A stretch of DNA of 64,000 bases from an uncultured Planctomycetota bacterium (GTDB lineage: Bacteria > Planctomycetota > Planctomycetia > Isosphaerales > Isosphaeraceae), in the NCBI GenBank assembly GCA_963845755.1, contig CAWJTV010000003.1, positions 64,001-128,000 on the forward strand, written 5' to 3'. Shown here piece by piece: positions 34,082-44,162 of the stretch. Numbering within the stretch: position 1 is the stretch's first letter; each line of letters starts with the position of its first letter. The notes beneath the pieces are model-generated. The model was not told the origin of the DNA. It was given only the letters and a program-made list of their open reading frames with translations, and made no database searches. The translations under genes were made by a program, and so were the position numbers.

Positions 34082-34652
34082 CCCCCTTTCCGCGGCGAAC
34101 GGAATCGACCAGGCCGCACTTTTCAAAATCGGCTCGGACGACGCAGAAAAAACGGGACACGATCCGTCGAACTCGGGCTTCATCAACCCCGATCGCAGCA
34201 CTGATCTCGGGGTTCGTCAATCCGAGCGAACGCAACCGCAACACCTCGCGCATCGGCTCCGGAAGAGCGTCGATCATGCGATGAAGCCTGTCGATGTCTT
34301 CGCGGATGACGGCCTGATCGTGGACTGCGCGTCCTCGATCCACGAGCTTCTCCATCGTGTGGTCCCCGCACGCCTGGCGGTAACGATCCCGCCGAGAATG
34401 GTTCACGGATAGCTGCCGAACCACGTTGAGCAGCCAGTTGAGGAGATGACGGCCCGAGCCCTTCTTTCCGTGATCGTCAACGGTGGGAGCCTGGGATTCG
34501 TGGAGTCGGAGGAAGGCTTCCTGGGTGAGATCACTGGCGAGATGGCCATCACCATGCGCCACGCGCATGGCGTACCGCATGACCTCGGGAGCCAGATTCC
34601 GATACGCCGATTCGACCCACCCCAGGCCATCGGCGGAAGGATCTGCGTCCAT
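34059..34652 (-). CDS. ECF RNA polymerase sigma factor
   Basis: ASDLTQEAFLRL, NWLLNVVR, IDALPEPMREVLRL...GLTNPEISAAIG. Confidence 0.88.
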   Translation of the reverse strand: MDADPSADGLGWVESAYRNLAPEVMRYAMRVAHGDGHLASDLTQEAFLRLHESQAPTVDDHGKKGSGRHLLNWLLNVVRQLSVNHSRRDRYRQACGDHTMEKLVDRGRAVHDQAVIREDIDRLHRMIDALPEPMREVLRLRSLGLTNPEISAAIGVDEARVRRIVSRFFCVVRADFEKCGLVDSVRRGKGDGHVDPR

Positions 34653-34901
34653 GTTTCACCTCAACAGGGGTTATTGCCGCTGTTGAGTATTACGCTCGAG
34701 CCGCCAGGTTGACCTCGGAAATCACCTTTTTTCCGATCGGCGCCGATCTGGAACTTTGCCATCTCGCCCAGAATATCTCATCTCTGTCCGAGGAAACGCC
34801 CGCTTGCATTCATGCAGGCCGGTCCCACGAAGGGGCTTATCACGTCCTCTGTGGCCGACCAAGCATCCTAGCATGGTTCGATGTGAAAGAGAAACGACCG
34901 A

Positions 34902-35174
34902 TCAATCGGGGATTCGGTCAATCAACTCGCCGTAGATATCCGGATTCTGCTGATTCCAGTTCTCGCCCAAATGTTCCCGGAGGACCACAAGCCCAAGCAG
35001 TTCCGGTCCCGAATAAGCGAGGAAGCTTTGTTCGCCCCTCCGGGCGCACCACAATGTCGATCCATCGTCTGCTTGTTCCAGCCAGAGGTCATATCCTTTG
35101 TTCCGAAGGACGATCAGGCTGGGATTATAGGTGTTCCCGGACGCGACAAGACTGGACCGCACGATCGTCTCCAT
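34902..35174 (-). CDS. Small hypothetical protein, candidate immunity protein
   Basis: 90 aa, starts 15 nt after the ART-like gene, GGAGAG RBS. Confidence 0.55.
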   Translation of the reverse strand: METIVRSSLVASGNTYNPSLIVLRNKGYDLWLEQADDGSTLWCARRGEQSFLAYSGPELLGLVVLREHLGENWNQQNPDIYGELIDRIPD

Positions 35175-35188
35175 GAGTCACTCTCCGT

Positions 35189-35658
35189 TCAGTCGTTCAT
35201 GATTCTGAGGATCTCCGCTGGGATCTTCCCCTCGATCAAGATCTCGTGGTTCCTTCTCATTGCTGCGCGGACGTCAGCAGCTTGCTTCGCCAGTCTTCTG
35301 GGCCCGCTCATCATCGAATTGAAGACCTGATCGCGGTACCACATCTTGATCGTCCCTTGGGATTCCAAGGCCCTTAGTTTGGCCAGTTCCGCCTTACGGA
35401 TGAACCGGACGTCAGACGCCGAGGTGAACTTCCTGGCGATCTTCAACTCCGTCGTGAACGACGCGAATCGGCTCGTGAGTCTCGACTCCTTGCGCAGAAC
35501 GTGCTCGGCGAAGTCTTGGATGTCAGCCGAGTCACCTTCGGTCCCCCTTGCTTTGCCGACCGGACCACCGCGATAATTGTCGTCCGCGCAAAAAGATATC
35601 CCCCGGTGTCCCAACAACCAGTCGCGACCGGTCTCTGGATGTCCGTCGCCTCTGGCAT
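35189..35658 (-). CDS. Putative ADP-ribosyltransferase-like toxin (one frameshift ~35590)
   Basis: Reconstructed GYLF(R)ADD ... FASFTT ... NHEILIEGKIP resembles the R-S-E triad; the R itself needs a one-base correction. Confidence 0.5.
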
Positions 35659-35739
35659 GATTGAGGTTACCGTGTATCCCAATCCCTATGAGGTCGTCGA
35701 TCGAACCTCGAGTCGGCTGGCCTCTCCACTGCTCTTATG

Positions 35740-37372
35740 CTATCCGTTACGACCTCGTCCTTCCAGTTCATCGAGTTCCGCCAGCAGCCGATCGCCGACC
35801 TCGGGCCGCGCCATCCGCACGAACGCGATCTTACCGCGGAGCCAGGCGCGGAAATCCGGCCGGTTCTCGCGGTTCTGGCGGTCGAGTCCCTCGGTCCTCG
35901 CGCGGTGGAGGATCGCCCGGAGGCGGCGGACTTCCTCTCTGCGAACGCCGGGCCGATCGTTGACCACGAGGCCCGTTACCATCTGCGCGGTGCTCTGGCG
36001 CAAGACCCGTGTTTTTGCTTCGTTGACCGTGAACCCTTCGTCCTGCGCGATGTGACGTACCCGCGCCATCACATAGCCGACCCGATTTGCCAGAGCCTCA
36101 TCGCCCGAGAATGTGAGGTCGTCGGCATATCGGGTATACGCCAGCCCGAGCTTGGTGGCGAGTCCGGTCAGCCGGCGATCGAGCCGGCGCGCGACCTGGT
36201 TCGACAGGCCGGGACTGGTACATGCGCCCTGGGGCAATCCGCCGGGCCCGTGGCCACGTGATAGGTGGTGCCTTCGAGGATGACTGTCTTCCGCGGGCAC
36301 TCGGTACAAAGGAGCGCCAGGATCGTGGCCACGGCCGGCGAGTAACCCACGCGCTCGAAGACCTTGCGGACCCGGAGAAAGCCGATGCTGGGGAAAAAGC
36401 CTTCGAGGTCCAGGTTCACGACGACCGCGTGGCCGGCGTGCGGCTGGGCGTTGGTCAGGATGCTGCGGTCGGGCAAGAACCCATGGGCCACGGGCTCGGC
36501 CGGAAGCCGCGAGACGATCCGTTCGAAGATCCAGGCGCTGGGCCAGGGCGAGCGAGCGATGCGGCGCGCTGAGCATCCGGGTCCCGCCGCTCTTCTTGGG
36601 GATGGTGAAGTGGACGTAATGCGTCCGCGTGGCGACTTCCGCGTGGAAGGCGAGCCAGCGCAAGCGAGAAACGGTGAGTCCCAATGCGCGCGCGCAGCTC
36701 GGCCGGCGTGCTCATCACCGGGAGCCCGGCGCCGAGGAGATCCTCGTCGCGGCTGGTCCGTTCGCCGAGCCGGCCCGAGACGCCGCGGCCCAGGAAAACG
36801 ATATCGTTGGCCTTGCGCCAGGCGACGGCCTCGACGCGTTTCTGCTTGCGCTCGGCGGCCTCGGCCTTTTTCCGGGCCTTGATCCGCGCGCGCTCCTCCT
36901 TCTGGGCCTGCACGGCCGCCTCGCCAGTCAGGCCGGCCTGGTGCGCGATCGACGCCTCGGTCGGACGGACGCGGTCCATCTCGGCGCCGACGGAGTGGAT
37001 CTCGACCAGTTGCTCGGCGCGATCAAGCCCTGGGTGACCATCGCCCGGTCGATGAGCTGGGTGCGCGGATCGTCGGCCGGCGGGATCAAATCGCGGCGGC
37101 CGAACCAGGGATTCGTGAACAGGTTCCGACCTTTGGCGGCCTCCTGGATCGCCTCGCGGGTGATCGGCAGATAATCGGCCGCATCGAGGCCGATGGTGCG
37201 CACGATCTTCTTCGGCGCGGACGCGGTCGGGACCTCCGGTTCGAACTCCGGCATCGCGGGCGGAGGCCCGGCCCCGGCCGCCGGTTCGATTCGGGGTGGT
37301 GAGATCCGCGGCGCAGGGGGTGGGCGAACCGAAGAGCCACGCTCGAAGCCGCTCCCACAGGGTCATCTTCAT
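35740..37372 (-). CDS. Retron-type reverse transcriptase with long N-terminal extension (several frameshifts)
   Basis: IPKKSGG.R.LSAP, AHGF...SILTNA..H, DLEGFFPSI, LPQGACTSP, YTRYADDLTFS, retron-specific VTGL. Confidence 0.93.
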
Positions 37373-37398
37373 CGCACGCTTCAATCCATAGAAGTCTT

Positions 37399-37462
37399 GT
37401 AGAGTGCTCTGTGAGCACCATCACGCCTCGAGACGCGAATTCGGTGCTCACAGAGCACCTAC
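37399..37462. repeat. GTAG-type REP-like inverted repeat doublet
   Basis: GTAGA-GTGCTCTGTGAGCACC ... GGTGCTCACAGAGCAC-CTAC; 16-bp perfect arms. Confidence 0.7.
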
Positions 37463-37470
37463 GTAGGCCC

Positions 37471-39167
37471 TCATTTCCAGAGAGCCGCGTACCAGTCCGC
37501 GGCGGTCGAACGGTTCGAGACCGCGGCGTTGGCCGTATCCCGCAGGGCTTGCAGGTGCCGGCACGGGCCGCGGCGGAGTCCACCGGTGAAGTGGTACGAG
37601 CAAGAGCAGCGACCGCGCAGCATCCGGCCGTCGCCGTCCAGGAGCAGCGAGACCTCGGTCGTGTGCACACGGCCTTCGAGGACGCGGAGGCCGTTGGGCT
37701 GGGTCTCGTCGCGGCTGACCCTCACCGCCGATCCAGCGATCAGTTGCCGCGCTGCGACCGTCTCGGGATGCTCCGGACCGACCAGCTCGGCCGAGAGCGT
37801 CACGGGCATGATCTGCCGCCATCGGTAGAGGCCCGCGGGCAAATCGTGGATCACCTGGCCGAGCATCGCCAGCCGATTCAGGCCCACGGCCAGCGCCGGA
37901 GGCCGAGCATGGGTCAGCACCTGGAGCCGGTCGAACGACAGGGCCGGATCGGTGTGGAAGGCGCCGGCGATCGCCCTCATCGTGGCGGCATCAGGCTCGG
38001 CCGGCGGGGCGAGCTGATCGAGCGCCGCGGCCCCGGACCAGTCGTTGGCCGTCCAGCCGGAAAGGCCCAGGATCAACCGGAGCGGACCCATCTTGATCGT
38101 CCAGAAGCTCGGCAGGCCGCTGCCGAGCAGATAGATCTCCGCCGACTCCATCAGCGGCAGCAGGCGCCGAGGAGCTGGAGCCGGTCGCGGCCCCAGGTGC
38201 GGATGACCTCCGATCGCGGCCCGTGGTAAGGCGCATCGCCCAGACGGACCCGTTGACCCCACGGCTCGAGCACGGCCGAGGGCGGCCGGCCCGGTTCCAG
38301 TTCGAATCGGATGGCGCGCGGACTCTTCGCCGCGCGATGGCGTTTCAGATACGCGAGGATGTTGTAGAGCCCGCCGCGGCCGATCGGCACCCGGCGCATC
38401 GGCAGACTCATCGCGGCCTGGAGCTGCAAGAACCCGCGCAGCCAGCTCGACGGCAGATCGATCTTCTCCTCGCGATAACCGTCGCCTGGCCCGGACTGGA
38501 CCTCGAACCCGGAGGGGTCGACCAGGAACCGCGTCTCGCGATAGCTCCGCATCTGCTGGAAGTGCTCGTAGAGCGTCCAGGAGTAGTCAACATTGGTCGT
38601 GCCCATCGCGACGTTGTGCTCGCGCTCGAAAGCCCCGCGATCGACCGTCAGGCAGCCGTAGCTGCTCTCATCGGCCGAGAAGCATTCGAAGAAGAGGCAG
38701 TCGGGCGCAACCGTGATCACCGGGTCGCAGGGGACCAACAGACGCCAGAGCTCGGGATCGTGTTTCAACAGGTAGTTGGAATACTCGATCCGTTTCTTCC
38801 AGTAGGTGGAGCAGAGCCGCTTGTAGCGATTCGTGAGGTCGGCCATGTAGGACTCGGGCAGCTCGGCCATCGACTCGCGAATCGCGGCGCTGGCCTGCTG
38901 CGTGACCCGCTTGCGCAGCTCGGACTCCCGACGCTTCTGCTCGGCATTGTAGGCTTCCAACGCCGATCTGTCGCGCGGCTTGTACCGCAGGTCGCTGACC
39001 ACGACCTCGTGCAGCGCACCGACCGCCTCGCGGAAGCGCATCGGGTCGCGCAGCACGCCCTCGAAGCTGACGCGGTCGCGCCTCAGGTTCGGCGCCAGGG
39101 CGACGGCCAGGCCGGTCGGGCTCGAGGTCACCGCGCTGCGCCCGCGATAAGCCAGGTTTACGTTCAT
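37471..39167 (-). CDS. SWIM zinc-finger protein, retron type XIII accessory (frameshift ~38160)
   Basis: C-terminal CSC...GPCRHLQAL SWIM motif; DPVITV, FECFS.DESSYG, GTTNVDYS, EEKIDLP.SWLRGFLQ; directly upstream of the RT. Confidence 0.85.
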
Positions 39168-39229
39168 CGAGTCTGCCTCGGCCCGCGGGTTTCGTCGCTC
39201 GCTTCCGGCATCCGAACGATTCACCGTCA

Positions 39230-39484
39230 CCGATCCGGGGGAAGGCGGGCTACTTTCAACTTCGAGGCGTCGACCAAGGGCGTTCACCGAGGCCCCGCGA
39301 ATTCATGAAACGACGGGCGGCACGGGAACTCGTTGATCCAGCCCGGCCCACCCGTCGTTTCATGAATTCGCGGGGCCGACAAGAACAACGACCTTGGGGA
39401 AGCATTCTCCGGGTCAAGTCCGGCCACGGCGGATCGCCGCAGCATGGTGGTCTTGAAAGATAGCCCGACCGTCCTCCGGATCGG
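39230..39484 (-). ncRNA. Retron msr-msd ncRNA, copy 1
   Basis: ~30-nt imperfect terminal inverted repeats (a1/a2); perfect 27-bp stem 39291-39317/39351-39377; TCACCG...CAAGAACA..CCTTG motifs like msDNA-Mx162 (from memory); candidate branching G opposite C39452. Confidence 0.85.
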
Positions 39485-39536
39485 ATCAGAAGTTCACTAA
39501 TCTTCGCACACGCGCAGGCCCGTTGCAACAGGGTTA

Positions 39537-39794
39537 CCGATCCGGGGGGTGGGCGGGCTGCTCTCGACTTCGAGGCGTCGACCAAGGGCGTTCACCGAAG
39601 GCCCCGCGACCGTCCGCGGACGCCGGGCGGACGGGGACCTCGTCGATTCAGCCCGGTCTCCCGGCGTCCGCGGACGGTCGCGGGGCCGGCAAGAACAACG
39701 GCCTTGGGGAAGCATTCTCCGGGTCAAGTCCGGCCACGGCGGAACGCCGCAGCATGGTGGTCTCGAGAGTCAGCCCGACCGCCCTCCGGATCGG
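39537..39794 (-). ncRNA. Retron msr-msd ncRNA, copy 2
   Basis: Same scaffold as copy 1; perfect 28-bp stem 39600-39627/39660-39687 with a different central sequence; candidate branching G opposite C39762. Confidence 0.85.
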
Positions 39795-39818
39795 AAGTCC
39801 GGTCATGATCGCAGATGC

Positions 39819-41661
39819 TCAGGCCCATTGCAACTCGGGAAGCGACTTCTGGACGTGTGGGGCGGCCTCGGGTCGATTCTCGACCAGTCTCACGACCGCT
39901 GCCAGAGCCGCGCGGCGTTCGGGCAGTCGGAGCGAGCGCAAGGCCACGCCCAGCAGGGGCAACAAGAGCTCAGCCTCCTCGGGCCGGCGCGCGGGCGCTG
40001 GGCTACCTGCTCGACGACGCGCGGCTTGACCCGCCCGCCCCGCTGCACGTTCAAGAGCACCGAGGCCCACAGGAGCCGCAGCCGATCAGGATCCAGCGCA
40101 CGCGAGAGTTCGAGTGCCCCGTCCGCCTTCCCCAGCCGGAGTCTCTCATCAAGATCGGCCGCCAGCGCCAGGCGGACGTCGTCGTAAGGCGATTCCATCA
40201 AGCGTTGCCAGAGCGTGACATCGTCGTGCGCGCGGGGCTCGGCGCGGAACCAGTTCATCCCCTCGGCGCGGGCGTCGGTGTACCGGCTGTCGAGGAATTC
40301 GAGCACCCAGTCGGGATGGAACTCGGGCGACGCGGCGATTGCTGAGCGCAACCAGGCCAGGATCTCGATGCGGAGCGGCTCGGCCTGAGCTTCGAGGAGG
40401 ATGAACAGGCTGCGCCGATCGTCGTCGGAGGCGGGTGACCTGGCCTTCAGCCAGTTCAGTCCCAGCCGGGCCAGCGGCAAGGGACGGCATGCGGCCAGCC
40501 TCGCGGCGTCCGCGAGCGAGACGCGATCGGCAGGGACATGCTGGCCCATGATCTCGGCCAGTATCTCCAGGGATTCCGGACTCGCCGTCTCGGCCACGGC
40601 CAGCCAGCGCTCGGGGCTCGCCGTTCCCAGGTCGGGCGACGCGCAGCCAATCGGCCGCGAACGCGACGATCTCTTGATCGACATGGCCGAGCAGCCCGAT
40701 GCGGTCCTCGATGCCCACCGCCGCGCTCGCCGAGGTCAGGTCGCGCCTCAGCATCCTCAATGCCCATTGCCGCACCGGGCGAGACCGCGCACGGACCATC
40801 AGGTCGAAAAGTGCCCGCGCGGCCGATCGCCAGAGTTCCTCATAAATCGGCGCCGGCTCCAGCTCCGAAAGTGAGCGATCCTCCACCACGCGCCAGCCGC
40901 GGGGACGCGACTCCAGCACGGGGCTATGGTGGAACAACGCATGCACCAGGCCCCAGTTGTCGATGAACGCCAGGCCGCTGTCAACGTCGGCATCCTCATA
41001 GAGCCTCAGGGCTTCCGAGATCGCCGGGACATAGCGCTCGGGATACATCTTCCCCAGCTTCCGGAAATAGCGCCACGCCCGGCGCCTCAGATACTGTCGC
41101 GTGCGAAGCGAGAACATGCGGAACAGTGCGACCTTCTTGCGAAGGTTGCTCACCATGTCCCGGGGCATGGTGGTGCCGCCGGGGGTGATGATGTACGGCT
41201 CGGACCACGATCCGGTGACCTGGAATCGATTGGGACCCAACCCTCCCCCGATCCCAGGGATTCACCTGGTCGTATCCCTGGGACTTCCATTGACCGGCCA
41301 AACTCGCGGCTTCCTCCCAACTGTCACACTGCGCGGATTCGTAATGACGCCTGGTCCGCACGGCCCGACGGATCGAGCGATCGAAGGCGACGAGGAACCG
41401 GGCCATGACCGCGTCGTCGCCGGCGGCCTCGGCGTGCTTGAACAATCGCTTGACCAGCGCCTCGTGGCGGAACGCGTTGAGCGGCCGTTCCAGGTAGGCG
41501 AGCAGCAACCGGCGCGCATGCGCGGACGGGTTCGTATACCAACGCTCGGCGAAGGTGCCAAGCGCGTCGGCGTCGGCGATCGCTCGCAGCCGGTCGACGA
41601 ACTCGGGATCGCCCCGGTCGAGCATTTCCTGCAAGAGCAGCCAGTCGCCGCCGGTTGTCAT
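39819..41661 (-). CDS. Alpha-helical (ARM/HEAT-like) protein, retron type XIII accessory (several frameshifts)
   Basis: Helical repeat-like composition; HEALVKRLFK, FSLRTRQYLRRRAWRYFR, DNWGL, ESPYDDVR; co-oriented first gene of the retron locus. Confidence 0.72.
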
Positions 41662-41685
41662 GATGTTGCCTTCCAGTGACTCCGG

Positions 41686-42483
41686 TCAATCCTGGGGAGA
41701 TTCGGGCTTCTCGTCAACCGGCTCCTGGGGATCCGGGTTGGTCGTCTTCGATTTCGACGAGTTGCGCGTTGTCTTGGGGGCGTTCCTGGCCTTGGTCTTC
41801 GACGTCGTCTTGGCCTTCGCCTTCGGCTTGGTCCGGGAGCTGGCCGCGGTCGCCTTCGTCGTGGAACCTTCGGGCGCCTGGAGCTTGATGGCCAGGGAAT
41901 TGATGCAGAAGCGCAGGCCCGTCGGCGCGGCGGGATTGTCGTTGAAGACGTGGCCCAGGTGGGCACCGCAGCGCCGGCACATGACCTCCATGCGCGGCTC
42001 GGCGGGATTGCTGTTGTCGACCGCGCTCGCCAGGGACTTCTCCGAGAACGGCCGCCAGAAGCTCGGCCAGCCCGTCCCGGAATCGAACTTGTGTTGCGCG
42101 TTGAACAACGGCGAGTAAGCGTCGGCGGCATCGCAGCAGGCGCACACGAAGACACCCCGGTAATGGCGGTCCGCGGGATACTTGCCGGAGAACGGTGGCT
42201 CCGTCGCCTTCTCTCGCGTGACCGCATAGACATAGCGAGGGAGGATCTTCCTCCACTGCTCATCGGTCTTGCGGATGAACTCGGGCTCGGCCTTCTTCTT
42301 CTCGGCTTCCTTTGCGCCGGCCTTGTCCGCGGCCGGCTGGGACGGGTCCTGAGACCCCGAACCCTTCGCCGAATTCTCGGTGGTCTGGGATGGGGCTTGC
42401 GCCGCCATGGCGATCGACGCAGCCAGCAGGGCGATCGTGACCGTCGCCGCGCACGTCCGGAAAAAGAACCGATGATTCCCCAT
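41686..42483 (-). CDS. msrB: Peptide-methionine (R)-S-oxide reductase with signal peptide
   Basis: TEPPFSG, KFDSGTGWPSF, RMEVMC..CGAHLGHVF, GLRFCINS. Confidence 0.95.
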   Translation of the reverse strand: MGNHRFFFRTCAATVTIALLAASIAMAAQAPSQTTENSAKGSGSQDPSQPAADKAGAKEAEKKKAEPEFIRKTDEQWRKILPRYVYAVTREKATEPPFSGKYPADRHYRGVFVCACCDAADAYSPLFNAQHKFDSGTGWPSFWRPFSEKSLASAVDNSNPAEPRMEVMCRRCGAHLGHVFNDNPAAPTGLRFCINSLAIKLQAPEGSTTKATAASSRTKPKAKAKTTSKTKARNAPKTTRNSSKSKTTNPDPQEPVDEKPESPQD

Positions 42484-42764
42484 GATGGATCATCCTCAAA
42501 CGAGGGCCCGAGTTCGATCCGACAGCATACTCAAAGAGTGGACGAGAAGGTGGTGGGGTCGGCGTAGCGTAGGGTAGGTCGAGCCGCGATTCATCGCGGC
42601 GAGGCCCACCGAATGCGCCGCGGTGCTCGGTGGGCCCCACGACGCCGAGCGGCGTTCGACCCACGTGACAACGCGCTTCTCGCACACTTTCAGCCCTTGC
42701 GGACTGTTCCTTCATCATAGGAAATTCATCGGACCGAGCAAGACCTGGGCGATGACCCAGGGAA

Positions 42765-44135
42765 TCAGCGGCCTCCTACTGGACGAACAGCCAGAGACCG
42801 ATCGCTGCGAGGACCGCTCCGCAGAGGAGCCCGAGCCGTCGCTGCCAGGTTCGGCGCGCGGTCGAGTCCGATCGTGGCGGACTTGACCTTCCAGGCCAGG
42901 CAGCCGACCGCGACGAGGACCGCGGCCATCCCTGCGCTGAAGGCCAGCACGAGTCCCACGCCGGCGGCCAGGCGGCCCAGGGCCGCCGCCATCACCAGCA
43001 AGCCAACCGCGTCCCAGCAGGGAACCAGGCCGCCGGCCAGTCCCAGGCCGATGAGGCCCAGATTATCCCGGGTGACCGCGCCGACCGCCTCGATTTCGTG
43101 TTCGCCGTAGCCGCCCAGGTGCCGTCCGAGCCGCCAGAAGCCGGACGCCGCGATTACGAAGCCGGCGACCTGGGTCAGCCCATGATGGATCGTGCCCACC
43201 CGGCTGGTACCGGTGTACCAGAGCACGGCGGCGATGAGGAGCACGCTGCTGATATGAGCCAGGGTCGTGGCCAGGCCCAGGAGCGCCGGCTGGTAGAACC
43301 GCGCATCGGGCCCCAGCGCCACCGCCGTGACCAGGGTCTTGCCATGCCCCGGCTGGATCGCATGGGCCGCACCGAGACCCAGAGCGATCAGGGCCAGCAT
43401 CACCCACGAGAGATGCGCGCGCTCGTCCAGCAAACGCGAAACGCCCCACGATCGGCCGTCGCGGCCGGCCGCCGGAACCGGCGGCTCCGTGGCGGCGATC
43501 TCCACGGTTGCCGGGCGCTTCGATTCCTCCTCCGAGGTGCGGTATGGGATCTCGATCTGCTTGGTCCGACGATCCTCGGCGTCGCTCAGTTCCCAGACGG
43601 CTCGGATCGGGACCTGATCCACATCCGTCGGACCATCGTTCCCCTCGAGGACCACCCCATCCCGGCCGCGAATGGCCAACCGACTCGTCCCCTCGCTCGA
43701 CACGAAATTCCGGTCCCGGATCGAGAGCCGCCCCTGAACCGGGATCTTCGCCTCGAGATGAAAGCTGTAACGCGGATGTTCCTCGACCACGAGGCTATAC
43801 CCGATCGAAGCGACCTCGATCGGTGATCCGTCCACCGCGACCAGGAACCCCTTGGCGTTCAGGGGGCCTGTCACCTGGCCGTAGAGGGCCAGCCACTCGG
43901 ACCGCTCGGTGCCGGGCCGCGAGCCGATGAGCGAGCGGAGGTCCTGCGTCAGCGTCAGCTCGGTCAAGCTGATTTCATAATCGATCGTCAGCCGGCCGGG
44001 GGTCACCGTCGCCTGAATCGAGCGATCCACGCGCTGGTTGGGGATGTCATGAGCGCGCGACGAGGGCGTAGCAAGTCCCGCGACCGCAAGCACGCAGTAC
44101 ACAGAAAAGGCCCGAGACGCCCGCATTGTCCTCAC
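42765..44135 (-). CDS. RcnA/HoxN-like nickel-cobalt transporter with N-terminal periplasmic domain (probable 3' frameshift)
   Basis: LGAAHAIQPGHGKTLV, GLVPC, FSAGMA. Confidence 0.82.
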   Translation of the reverse strand: MRTMRASRAFSVYCVLAVAGLATPSSRAHDIPNQRVDRSIQATVTPGRLTIDYEISLTELTLTQDLRSLIGSRPGTERSEWLALYGQVTGPLNAKGFLVAVDGSPIEVASIGYSLVVEEHPRYSFHLEAKIPVQGRLSIRDRNFVSSEGTSRLAIRGRDGVVLEGNDGPTDVDQVPIRAVWELSDAEDRRTKQIEIPYRTSEEESKRPATVEIAATEPPVPAAGRDGRSWGVSRLLDERAHLSWVMLALIALGLGAAHAIQPGHGKTLVTAVALGPDARFYQPALLGLATTLAHISSVLLIAAVLWYTGTSRVGTIHHGLTQVAGFVIAASGFWRLGRHLGGYGEHEIEAVGAVTRDNLGLIGLGLAGGLVPCWDAVGLLVMAAALGRLAAGVGLVLAFSAGMAAVLVAVGCLAWKVKSATIGLDRAPNLAATARAPLRSGPRSDRSLAVRPVGGR

Positions 44136-44162
44136 TGCCTACTGCCGACCGCCTACTGCCCG

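Noticed and set aside
3713..37372. Link between the group II intron remnant and the RT at 35.7-37.4 kb
   Set aside because: They are 32 kb apart on opposite strands, and the RT has retron motifs with no recognisable maturase domain
37399..37462. Hairpin just upstream of the RT as the retron msr-msd
   Set aside because: Too short, lacks separate a1/a2 and msr parts, and has GTAG/CTAC REP-like ends; the 39.2-39.8 kb units fit much better
39230..39794. Tandem units as CRISPR, DGR TR/VR pair or assembly duplication
   Set aside because: Units are ~255 nt with no cas genes; differences are compensatory rather than adenine-specific; the RT is retron-type
39256..40187. ORFs 39256..39585, 39497..39727, 39523..40029 and 39549..40187
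   Set aside because: Spurious frames over the GC-rich structured ncRNA units and the antisense strand of the ARM-like gene
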